This document shows positions 45,321 to 54,998 of a DNA stretch of 64,000 nucleotides, in pieces. Numbering within the stretch: the first letter of the stretch is position 1; the number at the start of each line of letters is the position of its first letter. The notes beneath the pieces are model-generated. The model was not told the DNA's origin. It saw nothing but the letters and a program-made list of their open reading frames with translations, and ran no database searches. Both the position numbers and the translations under genes were made by a program. The DNA is from Flavisolibacter sp. (GTDB lineage: Bacteria; Bacteroidota; Bacteroidia; Chitinophagales; Chitinophagaceae): assembly GCA_035554655.1 (NCBI GenBank), contig DATMIF010000004.1:8922-72921 (forward strand), read 5' to 3'.

Positions 45321-46148
45321 ATGAAAATATACAAGACAAAACAAGGAATTGCGGTTGAAAATGAAAATGGATTTTATTTACTCGATGAAGATTGGGAAAC
45401 ATTTATAAATGATGATGCTATTCTTCATAAGGTGAAAGAAAAGATCAAAGGCCTTTCACTCTCTCAAACTAACTCAATCGAAAACATACTTGCTCCCATT
45501 GGAAGCCGACAGGAACTGTGGGCATGTGGCGTTACTTATTTAAGAAGTAAAATTGGAAGGCAGGAAGAAAGTAAAGATGCAGGCGGAGGTGATTTTTATG
45601 CAAGAGTATATGAAGCAGAAAGGCCCGAAGTTTTTTTTAAAGCAAATCCTCACCGGGTAGTTGGTCATAATGATAAAGTAAGAATAAGGAAAGACTCCAC
45701 ATGGGATGTTCCTGAACCTGAACTTACACTGGTTGTTTCTTCGTCCGGAAAAATTATTGGTTACACTATCGGCAACGATATTAGCAGCCGTAGCATTGAA
45801 GGAGAAAATCCACTCTATCTGCCACAGGCAAAAACCTATGATGCCTGTGCGGCACTTGGTCCATGCATTTATCTTACCGAAGAACCGCTTGACAGAAATA
45901 CAACTATCCACCTGGAAATAAACAGAGACAGAGAAACCGTTTTTAACGGAAGTATCGCCATCTCGCAAATAAAAAGATCATTTGGCGAATTGGTGTCTTT
46001 TGCTTTCAGGGAATGTTCTTTTCCTTATGGCTGTTTAATTATGACAGGAACTGGCATTGTTCCTGAAAATGATTTTACGCTTAAGAGCGGCGATGAAATA
46101 AAAATTTCTATTGACAGAATCGGAACCCTGGTAAATGAAGTAGAGTAA
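45321..46148 (+). CDS. Fumarylacetoacetate hydrolase (FAH)-family protein, 2-keto-3-deoxy-pentonate dehydratase-like
   Basis: The size, FAH-type C-terminal half ([29 protein letters not shown]) and position directly after a pentonate-type dehydratase support the call. Confidence 0.7.
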   Translation: MKIYKTKQGIAVENENGFYLLDEDWETFINDDAILHKVKEKIKGLSLSQTNSIENILAPIGSRQELWACGVTYLRSKIGRQEESKDAGGGDFYARVYEAERPEVFFKANPHRVVGHNDKVRIRKDSTWDVPEPELTLVVSSSGKIIGYTIGNDISSRSIEGENPLYLPQAKTYDACAALGPCIYLTEEPLDRNTTIHLEINRDRETVFNGSIAISQIKRSFGELVSFAFRECSFPYGCLIMTGTGIVPENDFTLKSGDEIKISIDRIGTLVNEVE

Positions 46149-46238
46149 CTGGCGCAGGTTTATTTTTTGATCAAAGACTCTCAATTATTTTTCAAGCGAT
46201 AGCTTTGTCTATCCCTTCATTCAGTTGAAGAAATCTTT

Positions 46239-47438
46239 ATGGTAGGAACACTCAAAAAATTTTCGATCTTTTCTTTAACTGTTATGGCGATAACAAGCTT
46301 GACTCCTTTGATTTCGCTTGCACAACAAAAAGATTCAAAGTCAACTTCCGCAAATAAAAAAGAAAAAACACTAAAAGAAGTTTACAAAGATGCATTCCTG
46401 GTGGGTGTAGCCGTTAATCCTTCAATTACCTCCGGTGCGGACAAACCCTCCCAGAATATTGTACTCAAACATTTCAACGCCATTACTGTTGAAAATGTAA
46501 TGAAGGCAGCATTGATCAACCCTCAACCCGGTGTTTACAACTGGGGACCTGCGGATGATTATGTGGCCTTTGGTGAAAAAAATAAAATGTTTATTGTAGG
46601 TCACACACTTGTTTGGCATAACCAGGTTCCTGCGTGGTTCTTTACCAATGCAGAAGGAAAGCCAAACACAAAAGAAGAACAGATTGAGCGATTGCGAAGC
46701 CACATACAGACTGTCGCCAGGAGATATGTTGGCCGCGTAAACGCCTGGGATGTGGTGAATGAAGTGATGGGTGAAGACGGAAATTATCGCTCTACAAGTT
46801 GGGTCAACGCCGTTGGTAATGGCGATACGTTAGTAAAGTATGCTTTCAAATTTGCTGTCCAATATGCGCCGAATACAGAATTATACTACAACGATTTCAA
46901 TGCATGGCGTCCGTCGAAAAGGGATGGTATTGTCCGCATGATAAAAATGCTGCAAAAAGAAGGGATACGCATTGATGGTATTGGTATGCAGGGACACTGG
47001 GGATTAAACTATCCAAAAACAAAATACATTGAAGACGCCATTGATGCTTATGCTGCATGTGGTGTAAAAGTGATGATCACTGAACTGGACGTAGATGTTC
47101 TTCCTCTGACGAAAGAAGGACAGATCATCGGGCAGGGCATGGCGGACAAACAATTTCAGTTAGTAGAATTCAAAACGTTTCTAGATCCATATCAAAAAGG
47201 TTTGCCCGATAGCATGCAAAAACTGCTAGCCCTCCGTTACGCTGAGCTATTTTCGATTTTTTATAAGAGGAGGGACAAAATCGCAAGAGTAACGTTGTGG
47301 GGTGTGCATGACGGAATGAATTGGAAGAACGATTATCCCGTTCCGGGTAGAACAAATTATCCCTTATTGTGGGATAGGCAACACAGACCTAAACCTGCTT
47401 TTTATGCTGTACTGAACGTGCCTTCTCAATCTAAATAG
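46239..47438 (+). CDS. GH10 endo-1,4-beta-xylanase
   Basis: WDVVNEV (acid/base Glu) and ITELDV (nucleophile Glu) motifs are present. Signal peptide present. A candidate -7 box TAGCTTTG lies at 46200-46207. Confidence 0.9.
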   Translation: MVGTLKKFSIFSLTVMAITSLTPLISLAQQKDSKSTSANKKEKTLKEVYKDAFLVGVAVNPSITSGADKPSQNIVLKHFNAITVENVMKAALINPQPGVYNWGPADDYVAFGEKNKMFIVGHTLVWHNQVPAWFFTNAEGKPNTKEEQIERLRSHIQTVARRYVGRVNAWDVVNEVMGEDGNYRSTSWVNAVGNGDTLVKYAFKFAVQYAPNTELYYNDFNAWRPSKRDGIVRMIKMLQKEGIRIDGIGMQGHWGLNYPKTKYIEDAIDAYAACGVKVMITELDVDVLPLTKEGQIIGQGMADKQFQLVEFKTFLDPYQKGLPDSMQKLLALRYAELFSIFYKRRDKIARVTLWGVHDGMNWKNDYPVPGRTNYPLLWDRQHRPKPAFYAVLNVPSQSK

Positions 47439-47719
47439 TTGTTGAAAACACTTCCAACACCACCTGATTAACTACCAGAATTGTCGCCAAAAATTGAGTT
47501 TTAATAATTACGATCCCATCGGTTTGTCTTCCAATAAATAGTTCTTGGATAGGCGGGTGTAATAATTTCCATGTAATTACGGGCCTTTCGAATGGTGTAA
47601 CTCTCCAGACAGTTCGAAAAGAGCAATTTTTTCTTTTTTTCTTTCTTAAATTTTCCTTTATTTTTGAATTGTACTGATTTTTTTCGAAAATTTTCTATTT
47701 TATTCTTAAAGACAAGCTT

Positions 47720-48526
47720 ATGGCAAATGCCTATTCCGGGCATATGACGGCAAATCACCGACGGGAAAAAATTCTCGAACTGATCAAAGAGGATGGATCG
47801 GCAAAGGTGGTTGAGCTTGCAAAAATCTTTAAGGTTACTGAACCAACTATTCGCCAGGACCTGGAAAAATTAGAAAAAGATGAACTCGTTATCCGTGAGC
47901 ATGGCGGTGCGTATTTGAAGAACGTTGACATGAATGTGCGTTCCGTATCCTTAGCCCACCAAGAGCATTTAGATAAAAAAGAAATCATTGCCAGGAAATG
48001 CCTGGAGTTTCTCGAACCCGGTGATACCATCATCTTGGACTCCGGTTCAACAACTACAGAAATAGCAAAAAAACTTAAAGGCTTTAAGCAACTAACGGTC
48101 ATCACCAATGCCTTAAATATTGCATTAATGCTTGGTGCCGAACCAGGCATTGAAGTCCTTGTTACAGGGGGTGAGTTTAAACCACCAACGTTATCGTTAA
48201 CCGGACAAAAAGCAGCAGATTTTTTTAGTGGCATTAATGCACAAAAATTGTTTTTAGCAACTGCGGGCATTTCACTAAAGTCGGGTTTAACCTATCCAAG
48301 CATAAGTGATCTTGTTGTAAAGAAAGCAATGATCGATGCCTCGGAAGTTACCTATCTCGTTGCCGACTCAACCAAAATTGGTAAAAGCGCCTTTGCGAGC
48401 CTCGGAGCTTTATCCCTCATCAATTATATCATTACCGATGAAGGGATAGAGGACAAACACAAGGAAATTTTTCTCGATAACGAAATTGAATTGATCATAG
48501 CAACCGAAAAAAATGGAAGTAAATAA
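47720..48526 (+). CDS. DeoR/GlpR-family transcriptional regulator
   Basis: The N-terminal HTH (REKILELIKEDGSAKVVELAKIFKVTEPTIRQDLEKL) and a DeoR C-terminal sugar-phosphate sensor domain are present. An alternative start lies at 47744. Confidence 0.9.
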   Translation: MANAYSGHMTANHRREKILELIKEDGSAKVVELAKIFKVTEPTIRQDLEKLEKDELVIREHGGAYLKNVDMNVRSVSLAHQEHLDKKEIIARKCLEFLEPGDTIILDSGSTTTEIAKKLKGFKQLTVITNALNIALMLGAEPGIEVLVTGGEFKPPTLSLTGQKAADFFSGINAQKLFLATAGISLKSGLTYPSISDLVVKKAMIDASEVTYLVADSTKIGKSAFASLGALSLINYIITDEGIEDKHKEIFLDNEIELIIATEKNGSK

Positions 48527-49940
48527 TAAATCAGTTGTAAGTATAGGTGTCATTATTGGCAACAGGGATTTTTTCCCTGACAAATTAGTGGGCGAATGCC
48601 GTGCAGATCTGTTAGATGCATTTAAGAAGGCAGGCATAAAACCAATCATGCTGGACGAGAATGAAACCAAATTAGGAGGTGTTGAAACCTTCCAGGAAGC
48701 ACAAAAATGTGCGGCATTATTTAAAAAGCATGCAGACGAAATCATTGGTGTTTTGGTAGTGTTACCAAATTTCGGGGATGAGAAAGGAGTAGCAGAGACA
48801 TTGAAGCTTGCAGGTTTGAATGTTCCTGTTTTGGTGCAGGCTTATCCTGACGATCTAAATAAATTAGATGTCGCAAGACGGAGAGATGCCTGGTGTGGCA
48901 AGATATCCGTTTGCAATAACCTTTACCAATACGGAATTAAATTTTCTCTAACAACAAAGCATGTTGTTCATCCCTCCGACGAAAGCTTTGCACAGGATTT
49001 AAAAGATTTTATTGCTGTTTGCAGGGTGGTAAAAGGTTTAAGAAATGTAAGAATCGGAGCGGTAGGAGCAAGACCCGGAGCGTTTAACACGGTTCGCTAC
49101 AGTGAAAAAATATTGCAGCGCAATGGAATTTCCGTTGTTACGATTGATCTTTCTCACATTCTTGGTGCCGCAGACAAGCTTACTAAAAATGATAGCAGCG
49201 TCAAAGAAAGGCTCGATGCGATCAGGGCATATTCTCCAACAGGAAGAACACCTGAGGACAAGCTGGTTCAAATAGCAAAACTGGATGTCGTGCTTCACGA
49301 TTTTATGCAGGAGCATGCTCTTGACGCAACAGCAATCCAATGCTGGACATCGCTTCAGCAGAATTATGGATGTAACGTTTGCACTAGCATGAGCATGATG
49401 AGTGAAAACATGTTGCCTAGCGCATGTGAAGTAGATGTAACCGGAACGCTTACCATGTATGCAATGCAATTAGCATCAGGTTCACCCAGCGCATTAGTTG
49501 ACTGGAATAATAACTATGCAAGTGATGATGAGAAAGTAGTGTTATTCCATTGCGGCAATTGGGCAAAATCATTCCTGCCAGACATCGAAATAAGTACAGC
49601 GCCAATTTTAGGAACTACTGTCGGCGAAGAAAATACTTACGGCGCTTTGGCCGGTCGTACACCTGCTTCACCTCTTACTTATGGAAGAATCAGTACCGAT
49701 GACACCAAAGGAATTATTAAAGCTTATGTAGGTGAAGGTGCTTTAACTGATGATGAATTAAAAACATTCGGAACAAGAGCTGTTGCCAAAATAAGTGATC
49801 TGCAGGGATTGATGAAGTATGTATGCAAAACAGGCTTTGAACATCACGTGGTAATGAACGCTTCAAGAACAGCAGGTATATTAAAGGAGGCTTATGAAAA
49901 CTACATGGGTTGGGAAGTGTATCATCACGGTGGAAATTAG
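48513..49940 (+). CDS. L-fucose/L-arabinose isomerase-family protein (aldose-ketose isomerase, substrate unknown)
   Basis: The size and pattern match FucI/AraA-like family members (IGVIIGNRDFFP, LPNFGDE, RIGAVGARP, FHCGNW). It overlaps the DeoR stop by 14 nt. Confidence 0.75.
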   Translation: MEVNNKSVVSIGVIIGNRDFFPDKLVGECRADLLDAFKKAGIKPIMLDENETKLGGVETFQEAQKCAALFKKHADEIIGVLVVLPNFGDEKGVAETLKLAGLNVPVLVQAYPDDLNKLDVARRRDAWCGKISVCNNLYQYGIKFSLTTKHVVHPSDESFAQDLKDFIAVCRVVKGLRNVRIGAVGARPGAFNTVRYSEKILQRNGISVVTIDLSHILGAADKLTKNDSSVKERLDAIRAYSPTGRTPEDKLVQIAKLDVVLHDFMQEHALDATAIQCWTSLQQNYGCNVCTSMSMMSENMLPSACEVDVTGTLTMYAMQLASGSPSALVDWNNNYASDDEKVVLFHCGNWAKSFLPDIEISTAPILGTTVGEENTYGALAGRTPASPLTYGRISTDDTKGIIKAYVGEGALTDDELKTFGTRAVAKISDLQGLMKYVCKTGFEHHVVMNASRTAGILKEAYENYMGWEVYHHGGN

Positions 49941-49976
49941 TTATGAAATGTTTTTAAGAATCTAATCAGAGAAGAG

Positions 49977-50807
49977 ATGACAGTAAGTGAACTAACAAAG
50001 AAATCCATTGAGTACAGGAAAAATATTCTGAAGTATATTTTCCATGCAAATGCCGGTCATACTGGCGGAAGTCTTTCATGTATTGATATTTTGAATGTGT
50101 TGTATAATCATGTGATGAATGTGAGTCCTGAAAATTTTAAGTCTCCTGATCGCGACAGGTACATTCAAAGCAAAGGGCACAGCGTTGAAGCTTTGTATGT
50201 TGTGTTGGCCGACAAAGGATTTTTTCCCGAATCAGATTTGGAAACACTTTGCAAATACGGCTCACATTACATTGGTCATCCAACAAAAAAAGTAAATGGT
50301 GTGGAACAGAACACCGGTGCACTGGGTCATGGACTTCCTATTTGTGCAGGAACGGCTTTGTCAGCAAAACTGGATAATAAAAGTTTCCGCGTTTTTACAC
50401 TCTTAGGTGATGGCGAATTACCTGAAGGCTCTAACTGGGAGGCTGCACTTACAGCATCGCACTACAAGTTGGATAACTTATGTGCCGTCATTGATAATAA
50501 CAAATTGCAAATAACTGGTCCAACCTCCGAGGTTTGTAATACCGAGCCGATTGACAAAAAATTTGAAAGTTTTGGTTGGTCCGTCAGGCATGTTGATGGG
50601 CATGACTATGATGCACTTATACAAACTTTCGATGCGCTGCCTTTTGAAAAGGGTAAACCAAGTTTAGTTATTGCACATACTACAAAAGGTAAAGGCATTA
50701 GCTATATGGAGAACAACGTTAAGTGGCATCATGGTGTTCCCAATGAAAAACAATTTGAAGAAGCATTGAGTGAATTGGAAAGTGTAACGGTGCCTGACGA
50801 TTTTTAA
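49977..50807 (+). CDS. Transketolase, N-terminal (TPP-binding) subunit
   Basis: GHTGGSLSCIDIL and GDGELPEGSNWEA motifs are present. The split-transketolase architecture is completed by the next gene. Confidence 0.9.
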   Translation: MTVSELTKKSIEYRKNILKYIFHANAGHTGGSLSCIDILNVLYNHVMNVSPENFKSPDRDRYIQSKGHSVEALYVVLADKGFFPESDLETLCKYGSHYIGHPTKKVNGVEQNTGALGHGLPICAGTALSAKLDNKSFRVFTLLGDGELPEGSNWEAALTASHYKLDNLCAVIDNNKLQITGPTSEVCNTEPIDKKFESFGWSVRHVDGHDYDALIQTFDALPFEKGKPSLVIAHTTKGKGISYMENNVKWHHGVPNEKQFEEALSELESVTVPDDF

Positions 50808-50826
50808 AGAGCATAACAAAGGTCAA

Positions 50827-51813
50827 GTGGAAGAAATAATAGAAAACAAGAAGACAGCAAAAGCCAACCTTGAAGTTTTTTCCGAAACACTTCAGCAACT
50901 GGCAAAAGACGATCGCAATATCATTGTTGTGACAAGCGACTCACGTGGTTCCGGTAAGCTTGTGCCCTTCGGACAAAAATTTCCTGCACAGCATATTGAA
51001 GTAGGTATTGCAGAACAAAATCTTGTTGGTGTTGCGGCAGGTCTTGCTTCAACGGGCAAAAAAGTATTTGCTGTATCACCGGCGTGCTTCCTTTCCGCAA
51101 GAGCATTGGAGCAAATAAAAAATGATGTTGCCTATTCTGATAACCCTGTTAAATTAATTGGTATCAGTGCGGGTGTAAGTTATGGAGCATTGGGTTCAAC
51201 GCATCACAGTTTACACGACTTTGCTGTTTTGCGTGCCATCAATAACATAACAATTGTTGCGCCGGCAGATAACTTTGAAACTGAAGAAGTGATTAAAAAA
51301 TCTGCTGCGGCAAATACACCTTTTTACATACGCTTCGGAAAGAAATCAATGCCTTTGCTAAGCGAACAAAATCATGAATTTGAATTTGGCAAAGGTCGTA
51401 TCATAAAAGAAGGGGATGATATTGCATTGATCGCAACGGGAGAAACTGTTTATCCCGTTTTGCTTGCCGCACAAAAGCTGCAGCAAAAGAATATTCATGC
51501 AACGGTAATTAGCATGCATACGATAAAACCTTTGGACTACGAGTTGATCGGTAAGATCGCATCAAAGGGTTTCCCAATAATTACGGTAGAAGAACATAGT
51601 GTTTTCGGAGGGCTTGGTGAAGCCTGTGCTTCTTTCCTTTTGCAAAATGGTTACAGTAATAAGTTTAAAATAATTGGCATTCCCGACGAATACACTGTTA
51701 CAGGATCGCAGTCGGAAATATTTAATTACTATGGAATTTCCGAAAATGGGATTTCCGAAAAAGCACTGGAATTATTAAACAGGAAAAACTCCAGAATTTT
51801 AGATGAAGATTGA
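50827..51813 (+). CDS. Transketolase, C-terminal (pyrimidine-binding) subunit
   Basis: EVGIAEQNLVGVAAGLA motif present. GTG start at 50827. Adjacent to the N-terminal subunit gene. Confidence 0.9.
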   Translation: MEEIIENKKTAKANLEVFSETLQQLAKDDRNIIVVTSDSRGSGKLVPFGQKFPAQHIEVGIAEQNLVGVAAGLASTGKKVFAVSPACFLSARALEQIKNDVAYSDNPVKLIGISAGVSYGALGSTHHSLHDFAVLRAINNITIVAPADNFETEEVIKKSAAANTPFYIRFGKKSMPLLSEQNHEFEFGKGRIIKEGDDIALIATGETVYPVLLAAQKLQQKNIHATVISMHTIKPLDYELIGKIASKGFPIITVEEHSVFGGLGEACASFLLQNGYSNKFKIIGIPDEYTVTGSQSEIFNYYGISENGISEKALELLNRKNSRILDED

Positions 51814-51847
51814 CAAAGCAAACTCAAAAAGCGAATAGCGATTAATA

Positions 51848-53374
51848 ATGGTCGGGAATAAATCTTACATATTAGCAATTGACCAAGGAACAAGTGGCAC
51901 GAAAACAATTTTGTTTGACGAAGAAGGTAAAGTTGTTGTAAAAGTTACCGAACCATTGAAGACTTATTTTTTGGAAGGCGGTTCTGTTGAACAGGATCCG
52001 GAAGAAATCCATCAGAACGTATTGACGTCGGTTGAACAATGTGTTGAAACATTCAAGTCGAATGGCGGTGACATTGCTGAAATTAAAGCTTGTGGCATTT
52101 CCAATCAAAGAGAAACTTTTGTGATTTGGGATGAAAACGGAAAGCCATTATATAATGCTGTGGTGTGGCAATGCAAACGTTCTATTCAAATTTGCGAACG
52201 TTTAAAAAGCGCTGGACTTGAAGAACAAATAAAAAAGAAAACGGGCTTGATTATCGACCCTTATTTTTCCGGGACGAAATTGATGTGGCTTTGTGAAAAT
52301 GTAAGTAATGTCCGAAACGCAATAGATGCAGGCAAGGCTTATTTCGGAACAATTGATGCATGGCTATTATATAAGCTGACAAGCGGCAAAAGTTATTTTA
52401 CAGATTACACCAATGCATCGAGAACATTGTTCTTTAACCTCCAGGATCTTTCATGGGACAAAGAACTACTTAACGCTTTTGGATTATCTGACATTAATCT
52501 TCCCCAGGCAAAACCATCTTCATATCTATTCGGCGAAACTGATTTCAATGGAATAATCAGCAACAAAATTCCAATCACCGGTATGATTGGTGATTCGCAT
52601 GCTGCAGCTTTTGGAGAAGGCTGTTATTCACTTGGTACTGCTAAAGCAACACTCGGTACAGGTTCATCCATTATAATGAATATCGGTACTGAAGTGAAGT
52701 CATCTCAAAACGGAATGGTAACAACGATTTGCTGGAGCACAGAAAACCGTGTCGACTATGCCTTAGAAGGTGTAATCGTTAGTTGCGGTGCTACCATAGA
52801 ATGGATAAAGAATGAATTGGGTTTGATCAATGATAGCAAAGCCACAGAAGCCATGGCAACTTCTGTTAACGATAACAATGGAGTTTATTTGATTCCTGCA
52901 TTTAGTGGATTGGGTGCACCGCATTGGGATATGAATCGCAAAGCTTCTATCACGGGATTAACATTTGACTGCAATAAAAATCACATCGTTCGTGCTGCTT
53001 TAGAATCCATTCCATATCAAATCAAAGATGTGATTGTTGCAATGGAACAGGATGCAGAAATTGAACTGGAGCAGTTGATGGTTGATGGAGGAATTACGTC
53101 TAACAAATTCGTTCTGCAATTTTTAGCTGATTTGCTGCAACGAACAATTGTAACCATCGGCATACCGGATGTTTCTGCTCTTGGAGCAGCATATATGGCA
53201 GGTTTGAAAATTGGCGTTTATAAGGGCATCGAACATTTAAAAATTTTGAACAGCAATAAAAGTTTTGTATATCCTGCAGATAATACAAAAGTGATTGACT
53301 GGTACGAAGGCTGGAGAGCAAACATTAGAAGCAAGGCTGAAAAATTGTTTATTGAATCTGGATCAGAAAGCTAA
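51848..53374 (+). CDS. FGGY-family kinase, glycerol-kinase-like
   Basis: AIDQGTSGTKTILFDEEG, NQRETFVIWD, GDSHAAAFGEGC and VDGGITSN motifs are present. Confidence 0.85.
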   Translation: MVGNKSYILAIDQGTSGTKTILFDEEGKVVVKVTEPLKTYFLEGGSVEQDPEEIHQNVLTSVEQCVETFKSNGGDIAEIKACGISNQRETFVIWDENGKPLYNAVVWQCKRSIQICERLKSAGLEEQIKKKTGLIIDPYFSGTKLMWLCENVSNVRNAIDAGKAYFGTIDAWLLYKLTSGKSYFTDYTNASRTLFFNLQDLSWDKELLNAFGLSDINLPQAKPSSYLFGETDFNGIISNKIPITGMIGDSHAAAFGEGCYSLGTAKATLGTGSSIIMNIGTEVKSSQNGMVTTICWSTENRVDYALEGVIVSCGATIEWIKNELGLINDSKATEAMATSVNDNNGVYLIPAFSGLGAPHWDMNRKASITGLTFDCNKNHIVRAALESIPYQIKDVIVAMEQDAEIELEQLMVDGGITSNKFVLQFLADLLQRTIVTIGIPDVSALGAAYMAGLKIGVYKGIEHLKILNSNKSFVYPADNTKVIDWYEGWRANIRSKAEKLFIESGSES

Positions 53375-53390
53375 CAAAGTATAGCCGGCT

Positions 53391-54740
53391 TTGTGTGCAT
53401 TGCTTCAATTCGCCGATCATATTATAAGAACCAACATTTACACTGTGATTAAGATCATCTTTCTTTGTTGTGGTTTCTGCTTTTCATTTACACTGATTGC
53501 ACAGAAATCGGTTCCGGTCAAACCTCGCATTCTTATCAGCACCGACATCGGTGGTACGGATCCCGATGACAACCAGTCCATGATTCATTTTCTGATGTAC
53601 TGTAACCTGTTCAACACAGAAGGAGTGATCTCTTCTCCTTCTTATGGCAAAGGAAGCAAGCAAGAAATTTTACGGATGATTGCGTTGTACGAAAAAGATT
53701 TGCCGAAGCTTCAAAAACATGCGAAAGGGTTTCCGTCACCTGATGCCTTGCGTGCCATTACAAAACAAGGCAGGCAGGGAGCAGCTCCACTCAAGGGTTA
53801 CACAACAGCAACCGAAGCTTCCAGTTGGATCATAAAGTGTGCAAGGAAGAAAAGCAGTCAACCGCTTTGGATATTGGTATGGGGCGGACTTGATGATCTT
53901 GCACAGGCATTACACGATGCACCTGACATCGGAAATAAAATAAAAATTTACTGGATTGGTGGTCCCAATAAAAAATGGAGTGCTAATAGCTATGCATACA
54001 TTGTTAAAAACTTTCCGGAGCTGTGGTTTATCGAAGTCAATTCCTCTTATTATGGTTTCTTTTCCACCAATGGAATGCCTGATAGCGTAAAAACAACTTC
54101 TTACTATGACCAATATATCAATAGTGCAGGTAGCATGGGCAAGGACTTTAAGAATTATTATGGTGGTAACGTAAAAATGGGTGACACCCCTTCGCTATTG
54201 TACATGATGGACGGGGATCCCAATAATCCTTTAAAAGAAAGCTGGGGTGGAAGCTTTGAAAAATTCAATCACAGCCCCAGGATCGTTTTTAATCGCAACG
54301 CCACTTTGGCAGATACGGTTACTGTTTGCTCTATAATTGAATTTCATTTCAAAGGACCTTATGTAAATATTGCTGTTGATTCGGCATGTGTTACTATGAG
54401 TATGAAAGCAGGTATTGGTGTGCAAAATTGGGCAGGCTATTACCTGGGAAATGGAAACTATGTTGTGCAATATGCTCCCAAGCAATCTGAAAACCTTTCT
54501 TACAAAATCACGTCATCTATTCCTGGCTTCCAGGAACAGTCCGGGGACTTTGTTGTCGATAATATCTGGCCGGGCAAAAGGAGAGAAACAGATTTCGCTT
54601 TGGGAGCCCACTGGTACACTGACCGCAGTGATTCCAAATTATATGATGGCAAAATACAAGGTGGAATTACTGTAAAAAAATGGCGCAATGAAGCTTTAGA
54701 GGATTGGGCAAAAAGGTGGAGATGGTTACAAACTCCATAA
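53391..54740 (+). CDS. DUF1593 domain protein (nucleoside-hydrolase-like N-domain + Ig-like C-domain), exported or membrane-anchored
   Basis: KPRILISTDIGGTDPDDNQSMIHFLMY is the DUF1593 signature. The start is uncertain: TTG at 53391 or in-frame GTG at 53445. A hydrophobic N-terminal segment is present. Confidence 0.75.
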   Translation: MCALLQFADHIIRTNIYTVIKIIFLCCGFCFSFTLIAQKSVPVKPRILISTDIGGTDPDDNQSMIHFLMYCNLFNTEGVISSPSYGKGSKQEILRMIALYEKDLPKLQKHAKGFPSPDALRAITKQGRQGAAPLKGYTTATEASSWIIKCARKKSSQPLWILVWGGLDDLAQALHDAPDIGNKIKIYWIGGPNKKWSANSYAYIVKNFPELWFIEVNSSYYGFFSTNGMPDSVKTTSYYDQYINSAGSMGKDFKNYYGGNVKMGDTPSLLYMMDGDPNNPLKESWGGSFEKFNHSPRIVFNRNATLADTVTVCSIIEFHFKGPYVNIAVDSACVTMSMKAGIGVQNWAGYYLGNGNYVVQYAPKQSENLSYKITSSIPGFQEQSGDFVVDNIWPGKRRETDFALGAHWYTDRSDSKLYDGKIQGGITVKKWRNEALEDWAKRWRWLQTP

Positions 54741-54955
54741 ATCTATAATTCTTAAAGCAACCGCTTCTACACATAATAATTCCCATCTTATCTTCTGCAC
54801 ATAGATTTTTAAACATTTCGTGCATTAAAATAATTATTTGTGCTATTGATTGGCACTGCCTTGCTGGAATTTTAGCCTGTAAGCTCCAATAACTGAAACA
54901 GGAGGTTTGTAAGGTGGTAAAAAGTTATTAACCCGTTTGTTCAGAATTCTTCAAT

Positions 54956-54998
54956 GGTTTTTATTGGAAGTTTTTAAACCTTTGGGTTGAATACCTTG
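54956..54998 (+). promoter_or_regulatory. Promoter with the shared 20-bp motif (copy 3), upstream of the esterase/GH8 array
   Basis: ggtttttattggaagttttt at 54956-54975 is identical to copy 1. The -7-like box TACCTTG lies at 54992-54998 with the same spacing. The leader to the ATG at 55163 is longer, about 165 nt. Confidence 0.55.

Noticed and set aside
47501-47758. An 85-aa minus-strand ORF between the GH10 and DeoR genes.
   Set aside because: Its Lys-rich middle part is simply the translation of a T/C-rich tract (about 47625-47670), and it overlaps the DeoR start. It is more likely promoter or spacer DNA than a gene.
54745-54815. An 8-bp inverted repeat, aaatctat ... atagattt, after the DUF1593 gene.
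   Set aside because: The arms are short, AT-rich and separated by a loop of roughly 50-60 nt. This is expected by chance in AT-rich intergenic DNA.
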